Notes under the pieces: generated by a model
Told to the model about the DNA's origin: nothing
The model's database searches: none
The model's input: only the letters and a program-made list of their open reading frames with translations
Shown: positions 50,209 to 64,000 of the stretch, in pieces
How positions within the stretch are numbered: the stretch's first letter is position 1
Layout: every line of letters begins with the position of its first letter
Assembly: GCA_048013815.1 (NCBI GenBank)
Contig: CM106585.1
Location: 1,116,001-1,180,000, forward strand
DNA from: Setoptus koraiensis
Taxonomy: Eukaryota; Animalia; Arthropoda
DNA length: 64,000 nucleotides
Direction of reading: 5' to 3'
Made by a program: the position numbers and the translations under genes

Positions 50209-50381
50209 CTGTGCGGATAGATAACGAATGAAGAAAATTAACGAATTAGTTGGTGTTATCGTGTCAATCTATATTGAGATGATGGCAATTAATTGATTAT
50301 AATTATAGATATTCAATATATCTATAATTATATATGATAATTATAGTTATAATTGTAGCTGTAATTAGATGAGAGACTCAC
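50209..50381 (-). other. Phase-1 intron (173 nt) of the 5-HT7 gene
   Basis: GTGAGT donor at 50381; AT-rich body; CAG acceptor. Splicing gives in-frame …[14 protein letters not shown]. Confidence 0.88.
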
Positions 50382-51516
50382 TTGTTATGAGACATGACAC
50401 AAACCAGACGCCGCCGATGAATGTCACTATCTTTTTGGTTGTTCGTTTCACTCCATAAGTCAATGGTCGCGTTATGGCCATATACCTGTCCACGGATATG
50501 ACGCACAGATTTAATATGGAGGCCGTGCATGATGTAACATCAAATGAGACATACACATCGCATAATGTTTTACCTAAATGCCATGATTCATTGACGCTTA
50601 TGTACAAACCAAATGGCATGACAAATAAGGCCACACATAAATCACTAATGGCCAATGATATTAATAAATAATTTGACGGATGACGCAATTTTCTAACACG
50701 AATCACAGATAAACAAACTAAAACATTACCAATGAATGTTATAAATATAATTAAGCTTAATATACATGTTATAATGCTTGTGTCGAAATTTGTCACACCG
50801 CCGGCGCCTGGTTGTTGTTGTTGTTGTGCACTTGTAACTGCCAGCGATGACGGTGATGGCGACCCTGATGATGACGATGATGACGCAGACGATGCGGATA
50901 TTGCGGAAAATGCTGGCACGCCCGATAATGCGGCCGACACGACACCTTGGCTGGTCAAACTGACAGATTGTTGTTGTTGTTGTTGTTGACTAGTTGTCAG
51001 GTTGTTTATCTGATGCAAGTTGTTTGCCGCCGATAACAGGTGATGCTGGATGGATGGAGATAATGAGTCAGGCGACGATGATAATGCCAGCAGATTTGTG
51101 GTTGTGTGCGCTAAAACAATTTGATGTTGTTGCTGTTGTTGATGGCTAAAGGATAATTGATGCACCGGCTCATTGTCGTAATGATAGTGACTGTGATTAT
51201 AGTGGACAGTAGTTGTGCTGCTGCTGCTGTTGCTTACATTGGCCACTGTTGTAATATATGGTGTCGCTGTTGTCACTAATAAAGGTGATCCAGTGACCAC
51301 TAGGGATGGCCGTTGAATGGCTGCTTGTTGGTGCGATATTATATTACTATTACTACTATTTATATAATTGTTATTATTGCTATTACTGGTGCTGTTATTA
51401 TTACTATTATTGTTGGTATTATTGTAATGTAAGTTGGCTAATGACGACGGTTGCGATATCACTAATGTTTGCGTGTGATTTTGATCACTGACAACAGGCT
51501 GTCGTAGGTGGCGCAT
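50382..51516 (-). CDS. 5-HT7: Serotonin receptor, 5-HT7 type: exon with N-terminus and TM1-TM4 (first in-frame ATG at 51516; frame open to 51921)
   Basis: TM1 …ITFIGNVLVCLSV, TM2 YLLISLAISDLCVALFVMP, TM3 YVSFDVTSCTASILNLCVISVDRY (amine-binding Asp and DRY intact), AITRPLTYGVKRT. The true start codon is uncertain. Confidence 0.88.
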
Positions 51517-51805
51517 AGGCGCCTCTAAGCTGCTCTGATTTAGCCGAGCCAAGGTGTCCGTTGCTATTGTTGCCACTTGCTCACCACTGTCTTGGTGCCT
51601 CCTTTGTGTGTGCCCTCCACTAGCCACTGTCCAGTCAGTCAAATCATCAAATTGATTAGTGACGTAATGTGTTGGTGTTTGTCGTTCAATTATATCAATG
51701 TTGTTCAATGTTGGCGTTGCAATCAGTGCACGACTTGGGCCTCGTCGCTCGCTGCTTGCAGGTATGTTTTGTGGATATTTGTTATTATTGTTTACTAAAT
51801 TGGTT

Positions 51806-52854
51806 TTATTGTGACGCGGTCGCCGTTGAGGTTGCTGTTGTTGTTGTTGTTGTTGTTGTTCGCTGATGATGCCGATGACGGCGATGATAACGAGGCAATA
51901 GTAATGGTGCAGAATTGTTTGTCACTTGCGTTCGCTTGGCAGTTGTCAAAGAACTACTGTTGGCATTATTAGCATAATTATCGCTACTGTCGCTCTTATC
52001 ATCAGCTGTCAGCTTGTGACTGACCGAATAATAATAGTTTGTATTGTTTGTGTTGCTGCTGTTGATGTTGCTTGTGGTGTTGCTGTTGTCCAAATGTAAG
52101 CTCCAAGACGCACCACTCCATTCTGTGCGATAGTCGCCGTTGTGAATAATGCCAATGTTGCCAATTGTGGCGAGCTCGTCCCTCGTTGGCGCTGTCAAGA
52201 TGTTGCTGTTGTGCTTGTGTGTTACGTAATTAAGCTTATGTTGCTTTGGTACTGCTGCTGCTTCTGCTGCTGTTAATGACCGATGGCTAGCGTTTCTATT
52301 GTCATAGTGTCGTGATGTACTGTTGTCGCTAATTACCATTGGCCGCCCGCCACCATCAGTAAAATGAGAGCGACGATGATGTTCTAGTTGTTGCCTCCAC
52401 TTACTGTGATCTACTTGAAAACTGTCTTGCTCAACACTGTCTTGCTGTTTGTCGACGAAATGAGTTGCGCTGCTTGGATATTCATCGAGTTGTTCAATTT
52501 CTGGCCATTGGTAATGAATAGATTTACTTGTAAGACTATTTATTGCACTGTAAGGCACTGTATTCGAGCTTGACGGCAGCAGTGGCACTTTTAACACCGG
52601 GCCACTTGTTGTTGATAATTCCTGATGTTCATCTAGTAAAACTAATGACGGGCCACTAGCGACGGTGCCATCATTTACAGTTTGGCGTCCACTGTCGTCA
52701 GAGGTCACTTGTTGATAGTGCCAATTGTTGTTGTTGTTGTTTTCTTGCTGTAAAATTGTCGTTGTTGTTGTTGTTGTCGCTTCGTTGATCTGTTTTACCT
52801 GTGCCTGGGATGATGTATCGATGCTTATTTCAATGTAATCACCAACGATATGTT
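51806..52854 (-). CDS. Stop-free upstream frame (~349 codons), probably the true receptor N-terminus out of register by 1 nt, or a 5' UTR exon
   Basis: Open from an acceptor-like AATTAACACACAG (ends at 52855) to TAA at 51806; same N/Q/S/T-rich style as the receptor; overlaps the receptor frame at a (CAA)n tract. Confidence 0.45.
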
Positions 52855-55845
52855 CTGTGTGTTAATTTTGTGCAATTTTGTACAGCAACGCAGTTGTAAA
52901 GCACATACAATAATAAATAGAAAGAAAACAAAACTTTGTCATTAGTTTGTTGTTATCATCACCATTGTTTGCCTAGCTAATTATTTAACTAGAGGCTGAC
53001 AACACGGCGCACAACAGCCGTTGTTGCGAACGAACGAACGATGCTGATTGAACAGGTGCGCCAACCCGATACTCGATACGTAAGTAACTCTTATCCGACG
53101 GCAGCTAAAAATGCAATTGATGCAACAAGCTCACGGCAGCAACGACAGCAACAACCGCAACAACGGCAACAGCAACGGCAAAAGTCATCATTTGGTGAGA
53201 CTTGTGTCTAGTTAGCTTGCTGACATGACATTGATGTACATGACGGTGTCACGCAGCATCAGTTGCACTTGTTGTTGGCTCGTTGCTTGTGTTTATATGG
53301 CGCCGCGTCCCCCGTCCGTCCGCCCGCCCGCCACCAAAGAAGGTTGCATAAATAATTGTAAATACAGTCAAACAATCAATAAACACACCATAATAGTATT
53401 GAGGCAAATTGATAATTTGCATCGTCCTCGACACAGCCTGACAGGTGAACGACGCGTCTCATCAATATCAAAGCGATCGCTAGCAATCAATCAACTCACT
53501 GTAGTGATGAGTGCAAAATTTATCAGAGTTTCGTGGCAATTTCAAGACACACTCAAGAGGCAATTCGAATAAATGATTCGAATCGCTCGAAATCATTTAT
53601 TGGCACACTTTGTCACTTAGCGCCCGTATGTTATCAGTTATCAGTTATCGGCTGTCAGCCGTCATACTGTTGTTGTTGTCGCCTGACACAATTGGCCGCC
53701 ATTTCTCATTCACATAGCTGAGGGGCGAAAAGAAATTCGAGAGACTTGCTCTGGCACGAAACGCTCGCCAGTTTGCGCTCATTACACCCAATCATAAACT
53801 GATTTATGCGCCAATTATTTGATTATTATTCAGTGATTGATTAACATTCGTTTGCGAGACGGCGAAAATCGAGCAGCGAAAATATGCCAGCGAATCAGTT
53901 TATTTGTCCGACCAACAAGAGTGTTCACCACAATTTCACTATTTCTGACATAATATAGTCTGATTGACACACATATCGATGAGAGATAAGGGCCCAAATA
54001 GTGAGCCAATAAGCGCACTTTGCCGGCCCCATTAATTGATCGCTGATCGACGATTTGCAGTCGTGACGCACATGACACTTATCATCATGAGCCATCTTGT
54101 TGGCAAGCCAACGACTAGTGCCGATCGACAGCGGTCTATGTAAAGTATCGGTGATTCAAGTATCAGTATAACAGTGATGCGCAATAACTGTCTAATGTAA
54201 TACCATTCATGGGCAATTCGTTGATGCGACGCTTCCTTTTGCCAAAATGAGGTGCAATTGTTGCGCAATTGTCTTATTTGAAAGTGTGTCGCAGCTTGAA
54301 AAGTATTTACTGCATACAAATGGCATTAGCTGACACTGACACAGCTCACACGGCTCGTACAATACGAGTGGTATTAACCTGTTGGACCAGGTGAGTGAAG
54401 GCTGTTTTTGTCGGTGCTCGGTAGCCTCTTATTTGCATACAAGCTCCTCTGATCACTCATTGGATTACGCAATGATTATTCACTAAAGTCTTATTTGTAT
54501 TTGTATTGTGTCAGTGTGTCGTTGCAAGTTGTTGTTTGTTGTGTCAAGACACCACAAGACAATCAGAATAGACAGTGTAAAGTAATCACAAGTTTCCTAT
54601 GCCAATGCAAGTTAATCTTGTCGTTTCGTATGCCTACGTCTGTTGGCTTACGGGCAGCCATGCTAATATACATAATGTATTGACATCATTCATGCTTGCT
54701 GTCATCATCATAAATCTCATCATATTTAAGTCATCAAATGATTGTCACAGTGTGTGTGTGCCGGCCCAAGCAACTGCCATCGCAACAACTATAAACATGT
54801 TAAGTCAATATAAGCAGCTTCTGAACATGTAAATACTATAAATATATCATTAAGTGTTTTGCAACATGAGTCTGTTATATCACAAAGTGACTAGTGTAAT
54901 AATTATATATAATTGAGATTCTCGTCATCGCTGTCAAGACGACGCACGATGACTGAGCGATGCTAGCAAGCTCGCAAGTTTGCTTTGCGAACTAGAAGAC
55001 GTCTCGAGAGGGCGACATGTCAACTGGCTAATAGTTATGACGAGCCATCATTATTTGCATATAGCGCAAGTGTCGCATGCTCATATGCAAATGCCTTATT
55101 ATCTATGGAGCTTGACAATTTATAATTACATAATCATAATTATTTATCAATTGGGTGGGACACAGTTAATTGGGTCATCGGGCACGCATCATTTGTGCAA
55201 CATGTTACACGCAATATGCGATAATAACTACATAACTGTCATCACAGTCTTGATTACACTCGACTGATTTGCTCGAGTGGCACAACCTGAGATCTGACCT
55301 AACACGATTGAGGTAATATCCACTATGGTTGTGAATAGTTTTTGCGAGAGAGAGAGAGCGTATATATATCTAGCCACCACAAGAGTGACAGACATGCATC
55401 ACATGATGGCTTAACGTGGCGAAACACGACACGACTTGAGCTGTTAGCTCATTAGGCTGGCGAGACAGACGTAGCTGCAAGAGCAAGGCGCGGAGCCTTG
55501 GCCCATTTGAATATTGAGTTACAACCGAAAGGGGGCATTGAGTTCAATTGTGTTTGCATTGTCATGATAATTGTCATGTTTATTATTATTTGTTTGTTGC
55601 GATGGTGTCGTTGTGAACGCCAACGGCAACGCCAACGCCACTGGCAACGGCAATGGTTGCCAGTTGGCCAACCAACTTATTTCGCGGCGTCGAGCGGCGT
55701 CATTGTTGCAATAAAAATAAATTGTCTGCTTTGTCTCAGCTGTTATGTTATATTGATTAAACACACACAAATGATGAAATATATATATATTTTGCATGGC
55801 ACGCCGGCTCGCCTAGTTGCCTGGTGATGCGCGATCAGCTAGCCA

Positions 55846-55940
55846 GCTCGACGATGTAGCCGGCTCGACGATGTAGCCGGCTCGACGATGTAGCCCGCTC
55901 GACGATGTAGCCCGCTCGACGATGTAGCCGGCTCGATGAT
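55846..55940. repeat. 17-bp minisatellite (GCTCGACGATGTAGCCS x5)
   Basis: Direct tandem copies. Confidence 0.9.
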
Positions 55941-56456
55941 CTAGCAAGCGCGAGAGACGGCGCGATAACGAGCTATCGTCGTCTACGCACTTGTGCACTT
56001 ATGCAATCGCTATTTAACTGACTTTTCTCCTCTGTGACTTTTCACTGTGACGTCTATTATTACTATAATTATTGTTATATTATTATATAGCTGCACACAG
56101 CCAGCGAGTAGGCATTAGGAATAAAAGCAAAAACAAAATAAAACATCGTCAGCAGCAGCAACAACAACAACAACAACAATTGGCCGACAATCGAGCCGCT
56201 AAAACGGCATGCGCCTAGCTCTCGGCAGGCATTGTTGGCTTGTCAGCCATGCGGCTTGTGTTAGTCAGTGAGTCAAATTTGATATATAGCCAGTGCAAAT
56301 GAGCCATGTGTTAGTCATGGACCCTGTTGATGTTGTCGTCGTCGTCGTTGTTGCTGTTGTTGTTGCTGCTGTCGCTGTTGTTGCTGTTGCTGTTGTTTAG
56401 TCAAACGCTGGCTAAATGTTAAATATTTGTCACTTCCTCGTTATTATTCGCCTTCG

Positions 56457-56487
<31 letters not shown>

Positions 56488-59244
56488 GCTTACGTCGCCA
56501 TAGCTCACAGTTGACTCGAGTCGGCCCGATAATCAACGCGCAGCGCAGCTCGAGAAACTCGTCGCAGCCGATGAAGCCAAAGAGGCTAAATGAGCGAGCG
56601 ATGAACGAGCCCCAAAGTGACAGGAAGAAGAATTAGATTTGAAAAACATGGCTCGTCGTGCAGCCTGACAGCGCCAGTGATGGCGCCTATGGCAGCGAGC
56701 AATAAACTTGAGATTGGCTGTTTGTGTGCGGCCACTACCTTGCGTTTGTTTCAAGTCGGCCCAGTGTTTTTAGAGTGTGTATGCAAACAAACAATCAGAT
56801 TTATATTTTACAAGCGTACACATGTAATAACGACACAAGGAATTTGGCTATATATACACACATATTAATATATATATGTGGTGGGGTATATGAATATCTC
56901 GCAGATATTTATAAACAGTGGCACAGATTTGCTGGCTCAGCGCTGAAATGTGCCGCTGTCAAACTGTGCCAATATAACTCGATGCTCGTCAGTGAAAATG
57001 TGCCCGACGCAACGCTAATTAGAGCAGAGTTTGTGGAGCTAGGTGCGCTGAATAGCGGATGCGATGGCGGTTACACGCAAATTGCGTCATAACTGTCTCG
57101 TTACAGTTGGAGCGAGTGGGATAGGACTGCGCCAAAGGGAGCATATTGTGCAAATAACGAGATGGAGAGTAATGTAATTAGTGTGCGCAACGAGAGAGCT
57201 TGTTAGCTTGCGTTGTGGGTTGCAGTGGAAAGGGTGCCAACGAGGCCGAGAGACAGCAAACAGAATTAGCCTAATGGTGTCGAGAATAGATTATCCACTC
57301 ATTAGTGATTTGTGATGGCTGTTAACAAAGGTCGCCCACGGATTCTTTATCGGTTTGTTTATCGCCGGCCACACACACTGTCAGCCGGCTTATAATGTAT
57401 TGATCAGTATCGGCAGTAGCCTTCGTTGGGCGTGCGCGCCAATCTATTATCTGCATCTACTATCTATCTATATATTTAATACTCGGGCCCGTTGGATTTA
57501 TGGCTGTCGAAGGGCCCGCAACACCGACCGATATCATGATACTCATAAGTCAGGCCAATATACTCACTTGACGATCGGAGCTGTCACTGTGACTGGCATG
57601 AGTTGTTACTAGTAATCAATTGCAGTTATTGGCACAATATGTTTTGCTCTTTCGTTGGCTGTCTTGGTATTTCGTCTATCGTTTGTTTGTCTCTTTATTT
57701 GTCTGTTCGCTGTTCGTTTGTTTGTTTGCTCGAGCGGGATTGTGTGTCTGAGTGTGTGTGTGTGTGCCGGTTGCAAAAAGTCACGACAATAATTAATAAA
57801 CTAGAAACGATAGAGATCGGCTAGACGCAATCAGCTTACAGCCCATCAACTAGAAGTTGCCAGTTGCTGCTATTAGATAATGATTTATATTTTCACTGAT
57901 TGTTGCTTGCCTAAACTAAAGAGCGACGCAAGTTTTGCTAGTCAACCGAGCATACGTGCAAGCGCCCAGCCACTGAAAGTGCAAGTTTAAATTGTTGTCG
58001 GTGTTGTCGATTGAATCGTATTGACGGATATTCACAGTCAGGAATCAGTCGCAATCACACATACAATCAATGTACGCTATTAATTTGCTTTGACACTTGA
58101 AATCTTTGTTGCTTGTGTGCTGGTGCTGCTTGAGACAACAATATCCTTGTTTCAGTCGCTAGTGATCATGTCAAATTGTTTGTTTGTTGGTTGCATAACT
58201 GGCTGCCAGTTGTGTGCGAGTGTCTAAAAACTTTTGATTAGAATTTTAGATTTAAATTATGCGTTTCGCATGCACAAATTGCAAATGTGATTTGTCTGTG
58301 ATGCGCTCAAGTGAAATGGCAACAAACTAGCTGCTGTTTATGTGATGCGTTGGCTGCTCAAGTTTGTTAACAAGTTGGCCAACTATTAGCTAATAGCCGA
58401 TGTAATGGCTCCGCTGACAACAATACAATCGACAGCGCCGTCTGACAATAACAGGTAGCCGTGGCCCATTAGCAGCGGTGATATATTGACTGACTGTGAG
58501 AAAGGTCGCCCACAATCTTGTTGTTTGTTTGTCGTGATGCTTGTCGCTTGTTGTTGTGGTTGTGTTTGTTATTGTTGTTGTTGTGGTTGTGGCTGTCGTT
58601 GTCGTTGTCGTTGTTGGATGTGTCGAGCTGCAGAGTGTTATGTATTTGATAGCTTGCATGAATGCCACTAATGAGCATTGGCGCTGTTTAAACAATTGTG
58701 TGTGTATCAACTAACAAACGAACGAGTGCCCCCGACAATCGGGTGATAGAGGGCGCACACACGAGCAGACAAACAGATAAATATAATATAGATGTAATAT
58801 ATTTATAAATATATGCCGTTGTATCTGCGAGCGAGCGCTGTTATCACTTGTGCTATTCGTGTGTGTGTGTGTGTTCTATTTCGACTTGTGTCGTGTTGCC
58901 TTCGTTGACCGAGCTGATCTTGTCGAGACGATGTTGCGTCTTGTTGTCACATGGAGTTGTTGCGCAATACTGAAACTAAAACAGACGCAGCGTCGACGAC
59001 AACTCGCTCTCACTGTGACTCTGGCAACGGCATCACCAATTGGCGCATAGTAGCCGTGAGTCGTGGCATGAGTCGCAAGAAGTGACAAGTGAACCGACTT
59101 TGCATTGTTGTGCGTCACTTCTCACTCTCTACACTGTGTCGGCCGTTTACACACTGTGTGTATATCGCCGCGTTACGTAACAGCACCACTGGCAATATGC
59201 CACTGAGATTGTGCCATACCCCGCCACTGGTAACACACACACGC

Positions 59245-59295
<51 letters not shown>

Positions 59296-62200
59296 AACAC
59301 ATATACACAAAGCCATGTAGCGAGCCACCAAGTGGCCAGCCAGACAGCGCGGCTGGCGAGCTAGCTTGCCGTTTCTAGGGCATTCGTCTGCGCGCCTTCT
59401 CAAATGTTTAACAACTAACAAGTGCACATCTGCGGCTGTCAGACAGGAACACGCACACGCACACGCACACTTGGTCGACTGGCGCGCGTTAAACCTATTT
59501 GCGGCTCACTTTCGTAGTGAGGCCCAATGTTGCCCGACACCAACAACAATACCCTCCGAACCAACTGGCACACAACAACAAAAAACGCACACACACACAC
59601 ACATTGGCACAGCTAGGCAGGCACATGCGCACACGATCTGGCCAGGCCGCAAAATAATACTAGCAATGATACTAGCTTTGGCCATTATTTTGCTTTTGGG
59701 GCCCCGAAACCATCCAACCAACAAGCCAGCAAGACAGCGGTGACAGACAGACAAACAATGGCCGTCTCACTTGGTATTCATTTTGAGTGTGTGCGTCCAT
59801 TCGGTGGGCCGATCCGTTGAGATTGGTCAGCCGAGCGACATTGTCTCATTGTGATTGTGAGCAACAAAACGACTCACATAATTGTCACAGATCCCATAAC
59901 AACCACCAACGACACCAAATCCAAAATCATCGCAACCAGCCGGCTGAAATCGAGCCAAATGCAGCTTGTTCAGCTGATTCGATGATGGTTGATATTGGTG
60001 GCCAATGGTTATTTCTGTTTCTGTTGTTGTTGTTGTTGTTGTCTCGGTTGCATAATGACGCTCGTTACTGCATAACGAGCGCGCTTCTCCTCGCTCTCAT
60101 TCTTCTTGTCTCATACAAAACTTATTAACTCATCATGTAAATCACCCAATTAACTAATTATCTAATTATTCCATCATCACACCGGCTTATCGACTCGTCG
60201 AGGCGACCACACCAGCTGACCGTTGTTGTTGGTGCGTCGGGAAGAATCAGTCTTATCGGTTTTATCGATGGCCCACTTTCGAAGCTTGCGGCTGCAAATG
60301 GCTTATTGGTGCCCTTCTCACACTGTGAGTTACGAGTGGGTCATAACTAAACTATCAAAATTGGTTAGGATCGGCTCACAACCGGCGGAAACAGCATTGC
60401 GCTAGTTGGGTCGTTTAAGACGTATTTAGTTGTGCTGGGAACTTGGAATTTGTTGCCGCCGAAGATACCCATTTTCGTCTGTTTTCGCTTCGAGTTTTGT
60501 GCAAAAAGTTTGGCTCATATACTGTTGATTTGTGCGCCATGTTTGCTGAAATACACGCTCAAGTGAACTGTCCATGAGCATGAGTTGTTGTTAAAATTGT
60601 TTATCGTGTATAAAGTGGCAAGACTAGAGCATAGATTAGAGGTATGTTGCGCCCCCTGACCGCTGTATCAAGAAATTATGTCTTATAAATTAATGGATGG
60701 CAAAAAGCGATATTATCCGCTGGATTATTGACAGGCGATTTTGTCGGCCCCAGTCATTAGCAGACGAGCTGTAATAAGCTGTTGCGTAACAGGTTTGTTA
60801 CGGTGTGTAACAGTATGTAACAAGACGGCACTGACACAGCACAACAGCTTGCCTAAGCCGGCGTGTGGTTGTTGGGCGCCGTAAGTGGTTAAATTGAGCG
60901 TGTGTGTGATACGGATAACGGTGCGTCTGACCATGGTGAGTCATGCTGTTCATTAAAGTGAACCACGGATAACCTGATCCCTATCTAGCCACTCTAATCC
61001 GATATTCCGGTGCGCTTTTCAGTATGTATTCAGTTTGGCCGTGTGTGTGGCTGCGTCGGATAGTTTGGCTGGTTGTCGGTTTGGTGGGGCCCTCTCTGGC
61101 CGCGTCGAGCTGAGCGCCGACGAGCCAGCGGGCCGACGGGCCAACGGGCCGCCGATGGGCCGAGCCCGCGCCGCCGGGCTGATGGGGGAGCCTGAGCAGA
61201 ATATGCAAAGCCATTATTATGGTCGCATTAGCGAGCACCGATAGTCTTGGCGTTTAGTGGAGCGTTGTTAGGCCGCGTTGCCAGTTGGATGCGCTGCTGA
61301 TTATGTAACCGCCAAACCGATTGAGCGCGCGCACACACTGTTACGTTACTACGTACACACACACGACACGCTGAAAAGGTTGCCTTGCATCTTTTTAGCC
61401 ATGTTGCATTGCGTAACACAAGGGTTACCTGTGCTGGGCCTTGTAGGGCAACGCAGGGGCTCGCCATTATCGCTAACTGATAATGGAAACGCCTTTGCCC
61501 CCTCGCGCGATGCTCAAATGCTCGTCGGCGGTGTGGCGACAACACGCGGGCCCAACATTGGGGGCATTATTGCATCATTCGCATATTAGACGATAGTTAT
61601 ACAGTATAATAATCATACCGTATGATTCATCGGGCCAGCTACGTCGTCAGGAGTCAGCCAAACTCCCAAACAAAAGCTCCCATTGGCTAGACACACACAC
61701 ACACGGCGATTTAATATATCAAATTTCTATCGCTGGCTGGTGCGCGTTAGGTCGCAAGTTGTTGTTGCAAGTTGGCTCTTGCATCTTTGCTAGTTATGAA
61801 TTTATATTAGCAGGTTGCGCCAATACATTACGCTATTCATACAGGCTGCCGAGCGACACTCGTCGCCGAGACACACGCCGTATTATTTACATATGAATCA
61901 CCTAGTCGAGTGTTCAAACAATTGCTCTTATTACTATTGCCGTTACTGTTGCTATTATTATTACCATTCTTGTGCGAACGTGTTTGTGTGCCCTACGTGA
62001 CCAGCCTCGCCATAGGGTCGCATTAGTCGCGAGTTGCGACAGCACGACAACAAACTCACAGTTGGACCACACTCAAAACTCTAAACTCGGCTCCCTCTGG
62101 CTCATCTCGCGAGCTTGCCGCGTAAGAACAAGTGTAAGTGAATAACGTAGATGGTGCAGTGCGATTATCCACAAATGCCGAGACGATGCCGCGCTTGCCA

Positions 62201-63021
62201 GCGAGAGACCAACCGGCAAATCAATAATACAAATGCGGCCGGCATGCAAATAGTGCCACAACTAGCGACACACTGCGCCGTTTATCGGCGACACACTGCG
62301 CCGCTTACGGGCGACACAACTGGCGAGCCCCCGACAAGTATTATACCAACAAGTAAAACTAACACACTGTGTTATTAACAATATCAAGATGATTGTTTTG
62401 CCAGGTGAATTTGCCAGCCGACTGTGAGTTGTTTGCCAGTGTGGCTGGCTGCTGTAGACGCCACAACGTCATCATTACAACGAATGCTAAATGCTAAATA
62501 CTAACTGCTAAATGCTAAACTGTCAATGCCAACCAGCCAGCCAGCCAGCCAGCCAACTCGTAATTGCTAGTTTTGTCCTCTTAGTGGCGCTGTCAACCAT
62601 TTCAAGCGCAACAAACAAACACACAGGTGATGTGCACTTGCGCAACTGCTCTTGGTCTCGTTTCATTTCATTTCGACTTCTCTCGTCTAACGTCGCAACA
62701 CGCTCCCCTCTCCCCTCGCCCTCTCCCATGTCCCCTCTCCCATGACAGGCCAATGCTGCCTGGCAATATTGTATTAGTGCAATGTATTGCCAAACACTGC
62801 AATATATCCCAGATATATCTGCAATGAGACACAAAGACGACGATGAGCGACATTGCAACAACAAGCAGCATTGTTTGTCTCGCCAGTGGCCCATTTCAAC
62901 AATCTGTTTGTGAGAGCTCTTTTCAATTACTTACCCGCTTCACCTTACAATTGTCATCAATATGCTATTATGGATTTATGAGCCGAGCTGGCCCTCTCTC
63001 ACTTCCATACCCACTCCAGCA

Positions 63022-63110
63022 ACCATTATAATACCCATTATAATACCCATTACGATGCCCATTATAATACCCATTACGGTGCCCATTATAATACCCATTA
63101 TGATACCCAT
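63022..63110. repeat. 12-bp minisatellite (CCCATTATAATA, ~7 units)
   Basis: Direct tandem copies with variation. Confidence 0.85.
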
Positions 63111-64000
63111 TGTGTGGCCCGGTGCCAAATACACACACCTAGTTACCTAAATGACTCAAATCGCTTACGAATGACAAGCACCACCTGTTCAAGGTATAAC
63201 GGTACGTGAGTGTGTGCAAACCAACTGTAACAATGTGACAGCTAAGAGTGCCATTTGTGGGCCAGTCAGTGAACAGTTGAATTTCATCAGACAATCTGTA
63301 AATCACATCTATGCGATCGCGCACAGAAGTAGGAATGAGGCACAGGAATGAGCTCGCAAGCGGTACGGCACAGTGGACACACCAAAGTAACGGCAATAGG
63401 TATATAGCGACAATGTGTTCGCGAGTAAACGCAGCTAGGTGCCGCGCAATTGTTTTAACCAAACTTGTGTGTGGCCAACAAAAGTGAGGCCAGTTCCTGT
63501 TTTCGTTTGGTGGCCAACGCGCACTCGCACACCAATCAATGTGGTTACGCAACTCACTCTTCAGTGACACTGAACTCTGGTAACTAGAGTCCAGTTTTTT
63601 TGTTTATCCGCCTGTCTGTCTGTCTGTTTGTCTGTCTATGTGTTGGACCTTAAGGTGACTTTGGACCATTCAACGCTTGTGCGCGACCAATCTAATTCAA
63701 TTAGAGGTCACGCAATGTGCAATTGTTACAATTTGCATTGTGGGCTGCCCCAATTGGCGCTACACGCACATCGCTGTTTGTATTAATTGAATAGTAAAAA
63801 TAGCTACTCGTCGAGCTGGGCACCAGCTGACTTTTGTCTAGCGGGCGTTAAAAACAATGGCATTGAGTTGAGGCGCTCACAAGCCGCGGCTCTGAGCGGC
63901 CAAGTCACCTTTTCGATGCTAACACGTACAATCGCATAAAATTGGCGACAGGGGGCCTTTCCGGCAGGACAGTGCCTGTGGTGCTTGTACGTTTCGGTGG

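Noticed and set aside
51867-51900. Signal-peptide-like YCLVIIAVIGII ahead of the receptor
   Set aside because: No ATG between it and the in-frame stop at 51924-51922; it is the shifted reading of the HRRHRHH codons.
55846-55940. CRISPR-like array (also the 57-77-bp repeats in the island)
   Set aside because: Units are contiguous with no unique spacers, there are no cas genes, and the context is eukaryotic.
53225-63570. Short ORFs upstream of the receptor
   Set aside because: Same low-complexity character; no domain or convincing exon structure.

Overview
Eukaryotic (arthropod-type; intron-poor, N/Q-rich proteins suggest a mite, which is inference only) genomic window with four protein genes and one repeat island. 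Left end: a compact trio of the 3' part of an ECT2/pebble RhoGEF (+), an intronless BUB3 (-) and a C2H2 zinc-finger factor (-). 5.2-33.4 kb: microsatellite-rich non-coding DNA with no recognisable ORF but many bZIP-type palindromes (TTACGTAA, TTGCGCAA). 33.5-46.5 kb: a nested transposon island with a 500-N scaffold gap, a GG-ended MITE family (one copy has an 8-bp TSD confirmed by an empty site in the same window), decayed DDE transposase pieces, a ~435-bp foldback and several unclassified repeats. 46.9-52.9 kb: a 5-HT7-type serotonin receptor (-) with a ~770-aa third intracellular loop and an upstream frame that is one base out of register. 53-64 kb: non-coding. I found no prokaryotic-type system (no CRISPR, no operon) and no clearly new multi-gene system. 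The strongest novel candidates are the MITE family with its structured core, the giant receptor with its frameshift, and the bZIP-site enrichment. All counts and identities are by eye.
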